A program made the translations under genes and the position numbers. The notes below the pieces were generated by a model, which was not told the DNA's origin, did no database searches, and saw nothing but the letters and a program-made list of their open reading frames with translations. Of a stretch of DNA of 64,000 nt, positions 1 through 9,237 are shown piece after piece (position 1 is the stretch's first letter; each line of letters opens with the position of its first letter). The DNA is from Candidatus Bathyarchaeia archaeon (GTDB lineage: Archaea > Thermoproteota > CALKCG01 > B24), in the NCBI GenBank assembly GCA_038870975.1, contig JAVZJD010000002.1, positions 1 to 64,000 on the forward strand, read 5' to 3'.

Positions 1-70
1 TCGAAAATGTTAGTTTACAATTTGATGTATTATGCCCCAACGTTCATGATGGAATCTTTGAATTAGGTTG

Positions 71-331
71 CTATTGATAAATCTTTTTTCTGGTGTCTAT
101 TTTGGCGATGACTATTATTTTTTCTTGCTCGTAGACCTTGAATAGTGCTCGGTATTTTCCTACGCGTAGCCTGAAGGTGTTTGCCTCGCCTGCAATTTTA
201 ACTATGTCAAGTTTGACGGCTGGGAAATCCTCCAGCTGTCTGAGCTTGTCAACTATGTGTTGCTTGTCTTCGAGGGTAATTCTCTTTAAAAACTCATCTG
301 CCTTTTTATGGAGGAGAACTCTAAACTTCAT
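71..331 (-). CDS. RelE/ParE-family toxin
   Basis: 86 aa, basic; FRLRVGKYRALF and terminal RKKIY motifs; overlaps upstream small acidic ORF. Confidence 0.85.
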   Translation of the reverse strand: MKFRVLLHKKADEFLKRITLEDKQHIVDKLRQLEDFPAVKLDIVKIAGEANTFRLRVGKYRALFKVYEQEKIIVIAKIDTRKKIYQ

Positions 332-494
332 CGAGAGATTTCAACTCGTTAAAACGCTTCTTCTTGATTATCTCATCAACCTCTTTCAGCAACACGCACT
401 CTTCAGTGGTTAGAAAAACATCTTCAAGAAAATCCCTTAACTCATCAAGCTTCCTACCTATTTCCTCAACCTTCTCCAAAACAGTTTCACCCAA
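321..494 (-). CDS. Cognate antitoxin (RelB-like); likely start TTG 494
   Basis: Small acidic ORF ending KSLDEV, overlaps toxin start; GGTGG SD precedes TTG at 494 (ORF track start 524). Confidence 0.7.
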   Translation of the reverse strand: MGETVLEKVEEIGRKLDELRDFLEDVFLTTEECVLLKEVDEIIKKKRFNELKSLDEV

Positions 495-664
495 AAAACC
501 ACCCAAATAAACGAATACAAACACATCCTAATAACACTTACTTCTCCTATCAGAATAGTTCCGTTATCAGCGACTAACGAACAAATTTCCATTGATATAG
601 CAAAGTTTGATAAGTTGTTAAGTGTGGCATTAGACCTTGTTTTATATGATAATATTTGGGTGTT

Positions 665-1243
665 TTATTTGGCTTGGAGGAGATATGGTAGATAGCCTTT
701 CTTGCTTTTTCGGATTTTTAATATTTTGAAGTTGGCTTTTTTGAAGGAATTTTCTATTTTTCTCGTGAAAACTACGGAGTGGTAGTGCCATCCTGTGTAG
801 CGTTCTAAGCGAAGTTTGTAGATATAGTCGCCCCATACTACTGGTTGCTTTTTTATAAACTTCCAATAAATGTAATTTTTTAAATAAGCTAGAAGTGAAC
901 ACTCGTTTGGAACCTTTGCTACATTCAGAAAGGCAATGCCGCCACCTTTAAGTATTCGTCTCAGATCCTGAAGGAAACCTTCTCTTTTGTCTGGGGGGAC
1001 ATACTCAAAAGCTTGGGTAAACCAAACAGCATCAAATACACCATCTGTGAATGGCAGATGCAACATATCCACACGCACAATGTGCATGTTAACGTTGGGA
1101 AGGCTTTCCTTTGCGAGATGAAGAGAGTGGATGGATAGATCCGCCAAGACTACAGTGTTGTTATTATCCATAAGGTGGGGAGTTACCCTTCCATAACCCC
1201 TGGCTAAATCCAAAACCAGCTTATCAAACCCAACAAGATGCAT
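665..1243 (-). CDS. Class I SAM-dependent methyltransferase, possibly 5'-truncated
   Basis: VLDLARGYGR motif I variant, LADLS, VDMLHLPFTDGVFDAV, LRRILKGGG. Confidence 0.7.
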   Translation of the reverse strand: MHLVGFDKLVLDLARGYGRVTPHLMDNNNTVVLADLSIHSLHLAKESLPNVNMHIVRVDMLHLPFTDGVFDAVWFTQAFEYVPPDKREGFLQDLRRILKGGGIAFLNVAKVPNECSLLAYLKNYIYWKFIKKQPVVWGDYIYKLRLERYTGWHYHSVVFTRKIENSFKKANFKILKIRKSKKGYLPYLLQAK

Positions 1244-1338
1244 AAACGTGGGAAAAGCTTCTTTTCTTCCCTAGCTCTGTTAAGAGACATTAACTGAAAT
1301 TTTAAAAACATCAAGGTAAAAAGAGTGGGATTTTGGTT

Positions 1339-1632
1339 TTATTCGTTTCCGACTTTGTCTATTAGGAAGTATCGTTTGCCGGTTTGTTGGTCCCATTCTA
1401 TGGTTACGCAGAAGTCGAGTTTTGTGTCTACTGTTGCTGTGATTAGGCGTAGTTCGTCGTCGTAGTGTTTTATTATTATTGTTCTGCCACATTGCCTCAT
1501 GCATATGGCTTTTCTTATTCCATAGTCTTTGTCTGGCGTTATGAACTGGAAGAATTTGTGGGCGAGGTTGATTTTGAGGATTGTTCTCCTGCCATAGCTG
1601 TGAGTGTGAAGTAGCGAAATAGGTAGGGCCAA
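1339..1632 (-). CDS. Hypothetical protein or gene remnant
   Basis: 97-aa ORF in decayed region, overlaps integrase remnant; no motif recognised. Confidence 0.25.
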   Translation of the reverse strand: MALPISLLHTHSYGRRTILKINLAHKFFQFITPDKDYGIRKAICMRQCGRTIIIKHYDDELRLITATVDTKLDFCVTIEWDQQTGKRYFLIDKVGNE

Positions 1633-2293
1633 ACAACCCTTCTCAACCCAGCCCTTTTGGCCAGACGCTTTATTACCAGGCGGAAGTACGTGTAGCTGAG
1701 CATCCTGCCCTTATAGTTTTTAGCCAAAGAACACCATAATGGCGCGCTTGGATCATCCATTTTCGGGTGTTCCTCAAGTCAGCCTAATAACGGCTTGTAT
1801 GAAACCACAAACGGAAGGCGCTTAAGCCCTGTTTTGCCGTTAACGGTTATCAAGCAGTATTTGCCTCTAAAATCAACGCTTCCAACATTCATGCTTAGGC
1901 TGTTTTCCGAAGCTTCTTGTCATGTTTAGTCCACCCCCTCCAGTGCTTGTTGCTGTTGACCTCTGCGACAACGCGTTCAATGTCAGCTCGCGTGGCCTCA
2001 CCAATGTTAGAGTCGATCAAGCGTAGAAGCGCTGGAAGGTGGCTTGCAATCTTGCTGACCCTAGCCATGTTTAGGCTTAAAGCATTTAAGTGGTCAAGGA
2101 AGCGCAGGGCTATGCCGCCACCCCTCAACCCTGCAATTAAACGCCTGTACCTTTTCAACCTCCCCTCATAATCGTATATTTCGCTTCTCACCTCACCTAA
2201 AATGGATCTTGGATACTTAAGAGGAAGGGATTCGAACCCTAAATGTAGGCGCCGGGAGTGGGATTTGAACCCACGAGGGCCCGGAGGGCCCAC
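1590..2293 (-). pseudogene. Degraded tyrosine recombinase (SSV-type int(C) fragment)
   Basis: ORF 1895-2293 starts inside the tRNA (GPRGFKSHSRR); downstream frame reads ITVNGKTGLKRLP...LLG*LEEHP...LAKRAGL..VWPYLFRY with in-frame TGA at 1779-1781 and an apparent internal deletion. Confidence 0.8.
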
Positions 2294-2355
2294 AGGCTTT
2301 CATACCCATTTGTGGGACTCCAGGCCTGCGCCTTAGTCCGCTCGGCCATCCCGGC
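2250..2355 (-). tRNA. tRNA-Ser(GGA) with 19-nt intron (2299-2317) at position 37/38
   Basis: Acceptor GCCGGGA/TCCCGGC, anticodon stem CAGGC/GCCTG, long variable arm GGGCCC-TCC-GGGCCC, T arm GTGGG-TTCAAAT-CCCAC, discriminator G; CCA not encoded. Confidence 0.93.
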
Positions 2356-2530
2356 TTTAAAAGAGCTCTGGATTAAAAATACACTGTAGGGTTTTTTAAT
2401 GTTTCTAAGTTCTCACTCGGATTTTGACATTATCTAGTCCGTAGGGTATGAAGCTGTAGTTGTCAGTCCAGTTTAGTTCGTCTTGGAAACTTTATGATCC
2501 TACTTCTACATGGTCTATGGCTTTATGAAG

Positions 2531-2636
2531 TCTGTACATTTAGAAAGAGCGGTCAGAAGTCCTATTTTATCCCTTAAGCCGTATCTATAATCGATAGACA
2601 TATGGTGAAAGAAGGGTGAGATTGTGAAAATAGAAA
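2531..2636 (+). repeat. Direct repeat copy 1 (106 bp)
   Basis: Ungapped match to 6482-6587, 14 mismatches by manual count. Confidence 0.9.
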
Positions 2637-2645
2637 GTTAGGGAA

Positions 2646-3809
2646 TTACCTACGGTTTAATTCTTTAAGTCTCTGAGGCAGGTAATTGCTAACTATAAAA
2701 GTTAAGCCATATCTACTGAATGCCTCTTGTTCAGACTTCCTCTTAATCCTCTGAAAAGTAGCTATCTCCTTCTGCCATAATTCATCCTTATACCTAGGGT
2801 CTCTTTTAAGCTCTTCAAGACGTTTAAGGTCTACCTTCGTCAAAGGATCGCTTGGAAGCCTATATTTTACTATATCTGAAGCGTACACTCCTGCCCATAA
2901 TGCATCCGGTGTGGCAAGCTCGGGTATGTGACCTGCTCTAGCGGAGCCTGATAATATGACTTGGGCTATGTGCATCCCCCATGGATCGCCGTCGACGAAA
3001 ACATATACTGGCAGGTTGAGCTCTAGATTCAACCTTCTGATTAGACGTCTAGTTGCTCTTGGAGGTTGGCCAGCTGTGTGGATGAGTAGAGCTTTAAACT
3101 TCTTGTGTACTTTCTCCTCGATGAACCTTGTGAACATAGCCCCCTTCTCGATAACTATGACTTTATCTGCCTCGCAATGGATAAAGTCCGCGCTCGTAAG
3201 AGTTGGACCGATGACTAGTCCATCTGGGTGCATTGTGAGGTTTACTCTAACCCCTTTATAATCTCTAACCGTATACTCTATGGTTAAGTCGCCGAAGATC
3301 GCAGACCTTTCCTCTGGGAAGATGTTGAATTCCTCTCTTGCTACACCTAGAACCGTTTCAAGTTCTGTTATAACTTCATCGCTTTCCTGTTGATCGTTAA
3401 AATCAATACCGTCTGCTTGAGACATGTAGTATATGTCTCTAAGTGTTGAAGTCTTATCCATTCTACAGAGCGTGTTCGCGGTGTAAGCAACCCACACTAG
3501 TTGGGTTAACGGTCTTAAATGTCTGATGTTTTTAGCGCTTCTTATAAAGAAACGTTCTCCAAGTACGAACTGCCTAAGCTTTGGGTCGTATATTATGTTT
3601 TTAGTTGAACGGCTTGGAATTTTAAGGTACGGGAACTCTCTGTTTTCAAGCTTAGAGTAAATATCTTCGCCGAGTTTCTGAAGTTTTTGAAGGACTATTT
3701 TCTTCCGTTCTTCACCTTTAGGAGGGTTAAATTTCTTCTCTACGGTTTTAGACTTAGCTTTAAAATCCGAAAGCTTAGTAGAGCTTTTCACGGGCTTACG
3801 TTTTCTCAT
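2646..3809 (-). CDS. top6A: DNA topoisomerase VI subunit A
   Basis: TLRDIYY catalytic Tyr; IEK and DGDPWG TOPRIM motifs; overlaps top6B. Confidence 0.97.
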   Translation of the reverse strand: MRKRKPVKSSTKLSDFKAKSKTVEKKFNPPKGEERKKIVLQKLQKLGEDIYSKLENREFPYLKIPSRSTKNIIYDPKLRQFVLGERFFIRSAKNIRHLRPLTQLVWVAYTANTLCRMDKTSTLRDIYYMSQADGIDFNDQQESDEVITELETVLGVAREEFNIFPEERSAIFGDLTIEYTVRDYKGVRVNLTMHPDGLVIGPTLTSADFIHCEADKVIVIEKGAMFTRFIEEKVHKKFKALLIHTAGQPPRATRRLIRRLNLELNLPVYVFVDGDPWGMHIAQVILSGSARAGHIPELATPDALWAGVYASDIVKYRLPSDPLTKVDLKRLEELKRDPRYKDELWQKEIATFQRIKRKSEQEAFSRYGLTFIVSNYLPQRLKELNRR

Positions 3810-5388
3810 AACTCTTCACCTTTATAGTGGGAGGTTCTTCAAGCTTCTCATTCTCGATATTCTGCTCTTCTCCTACTAGGTTTAGCTTAGCAATCTTCGC
3901 CAATAGGGGCTTTAAATCTGGAGTCTTCTTCTTACCACTGAGTTTAGTACTGAATACTGCGAGCTTGTCTAGGTATTTGCTGAAAACTTCTAAACGCACC
4001 CGTTCCATTTGAACTCTCTTCTTCCTGGATAAGTGGAGCATAAGCTGACGTGCTACTATTCTAACACCACTAAGAATTTCATGTTCAATTTCAGGTCTAT
4101 CGGCTATAAACTCTTTGCCAACAGTCTTATAGGGGATTTTCGTTGAACATATGTGAACTATAACGGCTACGGGGTCCATGGTTACGTCGACTTTATACCT
4201 ACTCCAATCTATCATCTCGTTTACGACCTTCCAGCTGACATCGCTAGCCTCGTCATAGAGTAGAGGTATTTTATTGCTGAACCTGTATAACGTTATACCT
4301 GGTTTGAGTATACTCCCACCGTACGCTATGCCGACCTCAACTATAAAAGGGTATCCTGAGTAGGAGGAGGGCTTTCTCTGGGTAACTGCTACAAACTCCG
4401 GTTTAAGCTCCTTCACTATCCCAGCTTTAAGCAGTCTTTCCCCTAGAGGAGAGAGACACGATGCATCTGGTGGAAGGAACCCTTTAAAGTTTCTCATATG
4501 GTTTACGAGTTTAACAATATCATCCTGACTAAGCTTTTTAGGGTTCATCTCCGGGTTTAAACCAGCTTCATTCAGGAACTTGTACGCTGTGGCTTTCCCA
4601 ACCCTATGGAAGTGTTGAGTCATAAATTCGACTAGAGATTTAGACTTAGTGTCAGCTATGATCCTCTTTAACGCTTCAACGTCAACGCCGTAAGGATGTG
4701 GAAGCGTCTCCTTAGGTGCTGGAGGCATTTCGTCAACTCCTCTTTCAAAGATGTAAAGGTAGCCCCTTGGGTCGGCGAAAACTATTTCCGCATATGGATT
4801 TACCATAGCTGTCTGTTTGAAATAATCCACGATTCTAGAAGAAGACCTATAGTAGTCTCCCTCCGTGTAGAACTCTATCAGAAGACCCCTCCAATGATTT
4901 GCATTTTCATAGTTTTTTCTACTCAAAATTTTTGGCTCGTTTTTCCGAATATCTATATTAAGTACGTATTCGTATATGTGTGCGCCTCCGGTGCTTGAGA
5001 CTATTCTAACGGATTTATTTGTGGTTATTTGACCGTAGAGTATTGCCATCTTCCCTCCTAAACCGAATGCTCCACGCGTCTGTTTAAGCTTGTACTTTGA
5101 ACCGTAGAGTACTTTGCCGAATGCCAGCGGAATATTATGTTCTGGAACGCCGGAGCCATTGTCTAAGACTTTGATTTTGAAAACAGCCGCCCCGTCTAGA
5201 GGACCGCTTATATGCGTAAGCCTTACGTATATACTCGGTAAAACTCCCACGGATTCGCACGCATCTAGGGAATTTTCCACAAGCTCCCTTATAGTGCTGT
5301 ACAATGCTCTAGCTGGGTTGGTGAAGCCAGCGATATCTCTATTCCTGTAGAAGAAGTCTGCTGGGCTTATCTCTTGAAACTCAACCAT
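3796..5388 (-). CDS. top6B: DNA topoisomerase VI subunit B
   Basis: ISPADFFYRN, ELVENSLDA, DNGSG, RGAFGLG GHKL motifs; STKIPY. Confidence 0.97.
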   Translation of the reverse strand: MVEFQEISPADFFYRNRDIAGFTNPARALYSTIRELVENSLDACESVGVLPSIYVRLTHISGPLDGAAVFKIKVLDNGSGVPEHNIPLAFGKVLYGSKYKLKQTRGAFGLGGKMAILYGQITTNKSVRIVSSTGGAHIYEYVLNIDIRKNEPKILSRKNYENANHWRGLLIEFYTEGDYYRSSSRIVDYFKQTAMVNPYAEIVFADPRGYLYIFERGVDEMPPAPKETLPHPYGVDVEALKRIIADTKSKSLVEFMTQHFHRVGKATAYKFLNEAGLNPEMNPKKLSQDDIVKLVNHMRNFKGFLPPDASCLSPLGERLLKAGIVKELKPEFVAVTQRKPSSYSGYPFIVEVGIAYGGSILKPGITLYRFSNKIPLLYDEASDVSWKVVNEMIDWSRYKVDVTMDPVAVIVHICSTKIPYKTVGKEFIADRPEIEHEILSGVRIVARQLMLHLSRKKRVQMERVRLEVFSKYLDKLAVFSTKLSGKKKTPDLKPLLAKIAKLNLVGEEQNIENEKLEEPPTIKVKSYEKT

Positions 5389-5599
5389 GTTTAAAGCCTC
5401 CTCTCAGTCTTCCATAGAAGCCGTTTACGGTTTAGTTGAGGGGTTGAATAACAAGAGTGTATGCCGCTAGATAAATCTTTTAACATGATATATATCATTA
5501 TTCTAGGAAAGAGGTCTCCCTCTTTAAAACATAGTAGTAATATGGTGTCAGTGTTAGATGTAAAGTATATATAGGAATATTGTATGAATAAATCGTGTT

Positions 5600-6286
5600 A
5601 TGAATTTGAAGTTTACAGTTGGTCTTTTAACCGTGAGCATATTGGGAGTGCTAGTAGTCTCCGCCTGCTTCGGTGAAGAAGTACCGTTTATCCCATGGTT
5701 TACTTCCACCTACGAAGATTACGTAACTGTAAATATTACAACTACGCCGGGTGGTTTTCCATTCCCCCCTCCAGGCGTGTATACTGTAAAGAGGGGTACA
5801 ACGATAACGCTTCAAGTTGCCGATGTCTACAGTGGTTTTGAATTTGACCATTGGCACATAAACTTCGTAAACTACAGTACTTCACCTTTTACGGCTGTAA
5901 CGCTTGAAGGTGATGCAAACATCACTGCGGTCTTTGTAGAAGCCCCCGTATCTTGGGAAGCTGGCTACCTAGTCGTTGATCTGGCATTCTACGATAAGCC
6001 TTCTCTTGCTCCAAAGGGATATGTCATAGTATGGGAACTTGGTTTAAAAGAAGTCTTAGTTGAAGTTCCAATAGCTCCAAATCAATGGCATTCTCAAGCC
6101 GTATTTGCAGGCGTTAGAATTGGGAAGACCTATACAGTTGTTGTGATACTTGAGAACGGTTTGAAGGGGACTTATATAACCTACTGGACAGCATACAGTA
6201 AGGTAAGTTATATGCACTGGGGTTTCACAACTGGCTATATGAGGATGCCTAGGACTGAATCGGGATACATATACATAGAGGATTAA
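5600..6286 (+). CDS. Secreted/surface protein with a beta-rich repeat-type domain
   Basis: Hydrophobic N-terminal signal; PPPGVY...GFEFDHW...ITAVF resembles divergent InlB B-repeat-like domains. Confidence 0.6.
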   Translation: MNLKFTVGLLTVSILGVLVVSACFGEEVPFIPWFTSTYEDYVTVNITTTPGGFPFPPPGVYTVKRGTTITLQVADVYSGFEFDHWHINFVNYSTSPFTAVTLEGDANITAVFVEAPVSWEAGYLVVDLAFYDKPSLAPKGYVIVWELGLKEVLVEVPIAPNQWHSQAVFAGVRIGKTYTVVVILENGLKGTYITYWTAYSKVSYMHWGFTTGYMRMPRTESGYIYIED

Positions 6287-6481
6287 AGGGTTAGAGCCCT
6301 AAACCGTCTAGAATCTTCAAAGTTTAGGAAAGTAGAAGTGGGCGAGTTTTACAGATGGATTTTGAGTGTGTACGCAAATTTTAGACTTTTTCCCATTTCC
6401 AGTTAAAAGTCATTGTGAAAATTCCTTATAAAGCTTTTATGAAACTATTCACACTAAAATACCTAGGATACATGTTGAAAA

Positions 6482-6587
6482 TCTACACATTTAAAAAGAG
6501 CGATCAGAAATCCCATTCCATCTCCCAAGCAGTATCTATAATTGATAGACATATGGTGAAAAAAGGGTGAGATTGTGAAAATAGAAA
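6482..6587 (+). repeat. Direct repeat copy 2 (upstream region and start of the 6575 ORF)
   Basis: Matches 2531-2636; contains TCTAT-N5-ATAGA inverted repeat, GGTGA SD and GTG start. Confidence 0.9.
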
Positions 6588-6931
6588 ATAGAATAGAGTC
6601 TGGAAACAAATGGACGCCGCAGTATCAATTTATACCTATAGATGGAGAGACAAAGCAAATCTTGGAGAAGTCTTTTTCAAAGAGAAAGGTGCCTAGAGGA
6701 TTCTGGAAAAAAATTTTAATTGATTTTCTAAATTCAGATGAACAGTTCGTTGAGTTGAAGATAGAAGGGTTGGGATTGAACCCTAGACAGATAGCTCCTT
6801 TACTTTCATCTGCGCGAAACTATTTGAAACTTAACGATAAGATTCAAATACATCTTAAGAAGGGGAAAATCTACCTTGTGAAAATAGCTGAGAAGAAGAA
6901 TTCTGAAGGGGCTATTCAGGTAACCATGTAG
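6575..6931 (+). CDS. Hypothetical basic protein, possibly DNA-binding
   Basis: 118 aa, Lys-rich, GGGTGA SD upstream. Confidence 0.55.
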   Translation: MKIENRIESGNKWTPQYQFIPIDGETKQILEKSFSKRKVPRGFWKKILIDFLNSDEQFVELKIEGLGLNPRQIAPLLSSARNYLKLNDKIQIHLKKGKIYLVKIAEKKNSEGAIQVTM

Positions 6932-6998
6932 AGCGTATGGGGACGATATTTTTAACTTTCTTCATAGTTTCACTAGGTATTAGGGCTTTAATGTTTAA

Positions 6999-7793
6999 AT
7001 GAGTAGAAGTGAAATTTTTAGTTGTCTAACCTCTTTATTTGAGGTGGCTTTTTTGATCGTAGATGCACACGTTCATTTAAAACATGGAGATGTTAATAGG
7101 ACTGAGTATAATGCTGAGACGATAGTCTACACAATGGATGCCGTTGGTATTGACATTTCTGTCGTTTTCGCAATGAGTACTTCAACAAAACGTTCGATAG
7201 AGATGGCTCTTGAAGCTTGTAAAAAGTTTCCAGATAGGTTGATACCCTATGTTTACGCTATTCCGAGCTTCGAAAGAGTGGTTAACGATGAGATTAAAGA
7301 GGCTGTAGTCAAACTTGGTTTTAAAGGGGTTAAAATCCACGCTGGAGAGTATACCATAGCCGAATACGTCATAGACCCCCTTATAGAGCTGGTTGAAAGA
7401 CTTGAAGTACCATGTTTAATAGACTGCGTAGGGAGGATTTCAGACGTAAAGCGTATAGCTGAAAAGTTTCCAGAAGCTAAAATAATCGTCGCGCATTTTG
7501 GAAAATACTTGTCAAGAGATGAAAACCTCATAGACCAGTTTATAGGCTTAGCCTCCACTCATGGAAACATCTACCTCGACACAAGCGGAGTGGTTTTAAC
7601 CCAGAAAATAGTGGAAGCCATTAAAAGAGTAGGGTCAGACCGTATAGTATTCGGAACAGATGGACCGCATGAAGAACCTGATACTGTGAGCTTCGCAAAG
7701 AGGGAGCTTGAAAAGATTAAAGCTTTAAAATTGAATTCGACGGATGAAGAGAACATATTGGGTAAGAGCATACTAAGACTTCTGAAAATTTAG
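6999..7793 (+). CDS. Amidohydrolase family protein (likely start TTG ~7053)
   Basis: DAHVH, GVKIH, AHFG, LDTS, FGTDGP motifs. Confidence 0.9.
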   Translation: MSRSEIFSCLTSLFEVAFLIVDAHVHLKHGDVNRTEYNAETIVYTMDAVGIDISVVFAMSTSTKRSIEMALEACKKFPDRLIPYVYAIPSFERVVNDEIKEAVVKLGFKGVKIHAGEYTIAEYVIDPLIELVERLEVPCLIDCVGRISDVKRIAEKFPEAKIIVAHFGKYLSRDENLIDQFIGLASTHGNIYLDTSGVVLTQKIVEAIKRVGSDRIVFGTDGPHEEPDTVSFAKRELEKIKALKLNSTDEENILGKSILRLLKI

Positions 7794-8383
7794 ACCTTTG
7801 AAGCCTCGCTTGGTTTTTCCCAGATATCCATCTCAAGCCTCTTAATCCGTTTACGCTCACGCGTGAGGTACTTGTATACTGTGCTGTGTTGACGCCCCTC
7901 TATAAGCATTTGAATGGCCTCTCGGGCGACTTCAAACCATGGGCTTTTGCCTATGAGGGAGACAGTATTGCCGTATACGGATATGTATACACCTGTTAGT
8001 TCTTCAATCATCTTCCTAGCCTTACCTTCGCGCCCTATTATTCTACCCTGAATCCTTCTAATGGCATTTTCATTCAAACCGTAGTCGTTTCTAAGGTCTA
8101 AAATCTCGAACATTGTATCTTCCTCTAAAAGCTTAAATGCTTTCTCTGGGCTGAAGCCGCGGCCTATGGCTAGAACTACGTTTTTAGCTATGAGTGGGCT
8201 TAAAACATCTCCATCGTCGGCTGGTGTTATCTCAACGTCTCCAGATGAGCTATCTATGTTAAGTCTTACGTGACATTTATCCTCTATAGCACGTTTAACC
8301 TCACCCTTAGCCCCTATTAAAACGCCAACTCTATTGATTGGAATCCTCACTCTGAAGACACTCATATATTCTAACGCTCCCAT
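7790..8383 (-). CDS. KH-domain rRNA processing protein (Dim2/Pno1-like)
   Basis: LIGAKG, AIGRGFSPEKA, GRIIGREGK, HSTVY. Confidence 0.92.
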   Translation of the reverse strand: MGALEYMSVFRVRIPINRVGVLIGAKGEVKRAIEDKCHVRLNIDSSSGDVEITPADDGDVLSPLIAKNVVLAIGRGFSPEKAFKLLEEDTMFEILDLRNDYGLNENAIRRIQGRIIGREGKARKMIEELTGVYISVYGNTVSLIGKSPWFEVAREAIQMLIEGRQHSTVYKYLTRERKRIKRLEMDIWEKPSEASKV

Positions 8384-8526
8384 CTAAAGGAGTTTGCTCG
8401 AAGCTTTATACATTACTTCTCCCATATAAAGCTCAGTCTTCAGTTTTACGTCTATCGGTCAGATGTTTGGAACGGTGGACGTTAAGGTAACCTTATTAGG
8501 GGAATGAACTCCACATATTTTCAGAA

Positions 8527-9237
8527 ATGGCTGAGAAACCCATTAGACTGCGTGAAGTCTTAGAAGTCGTATATTCAGCCGAGAGATGGGATATCTTAAG
8601 AAAGCTTAGATTGCAGGCTATACAACTGCTTGAAGCCTTGGAAAGCTTCAGTATTAGGGGATTCATCCACGGAAGTGTGGCTAGAGGAGATGTAGATGAA
8701 GACAGCGATATTGACGTCGTTGTTCTTCAGCCCATACCAAGCCATGTTATAGAGACACGTCTACTAATGAGGGGCTTCAACATTTTTAGTAGAGTTTTAA
8801 CGCAGGCTACTCCAAGCAATACTCCTAAGGCTCACATATACTTAGACCCGCGGGAGAAGATATCTGTAACCTTTCCGCTTCTAAGCTTTAAAAGTAGAGA
8901 GCTTGAATTCTACAGATTCGGCGGTATGTTGGGGCTTAGAGGATTGAGGGAGAATATGAGAGTACCTGGATGTACTAAAAGGCTCACATTTATCAAACCG
9001 ACGAATACAGGGCACCTTGAATACCCAGTTGAAGGGTTTGAATCTGAAGTGGCTAGAGAGCTGGGCATAAGCGTAGCCGTCGTGGAAGAGCGTGTGAGAG
9101 TTTTAAAGAGGAGAGATGAACATGGAAGAACAGGATTATTCGTTAAGAGGCTTTTAACCGAGGGTGAGAATTTTGAGAGCGTTTTGGAGGAAATAGTTTC
9201 TAAAAATCCTCCGGCTAGGAGGAGGTTGAAGTTTTGA
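8527..9237 (+). CDS. Archaeal nucleotidyltransferase (Pol beta superfamily)
   Basis: HGSVARGDVDEDSDIDVV. Confidence 0.85.
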   Translation: MAEKPIRLREVLEVVYSAERWDILRKLRLQAIQLLEALESFSIRGFIHGSVARGDVDEDSDIDVVVLQPIPSHVIETRLLMRGFNIFSRVLTQATPSNTPKAHIYLDPREKISVTFPLLSFKSRELEFYRFGGMLGLRGLRENMRVPGCTKRLTFIKPTNTGHLEYPVEGFESEVARELGISVAVVEERVRVLKRRDEHGRTGLFVKRLLTEGENFESVLEEIVSKNPPARRRLKF

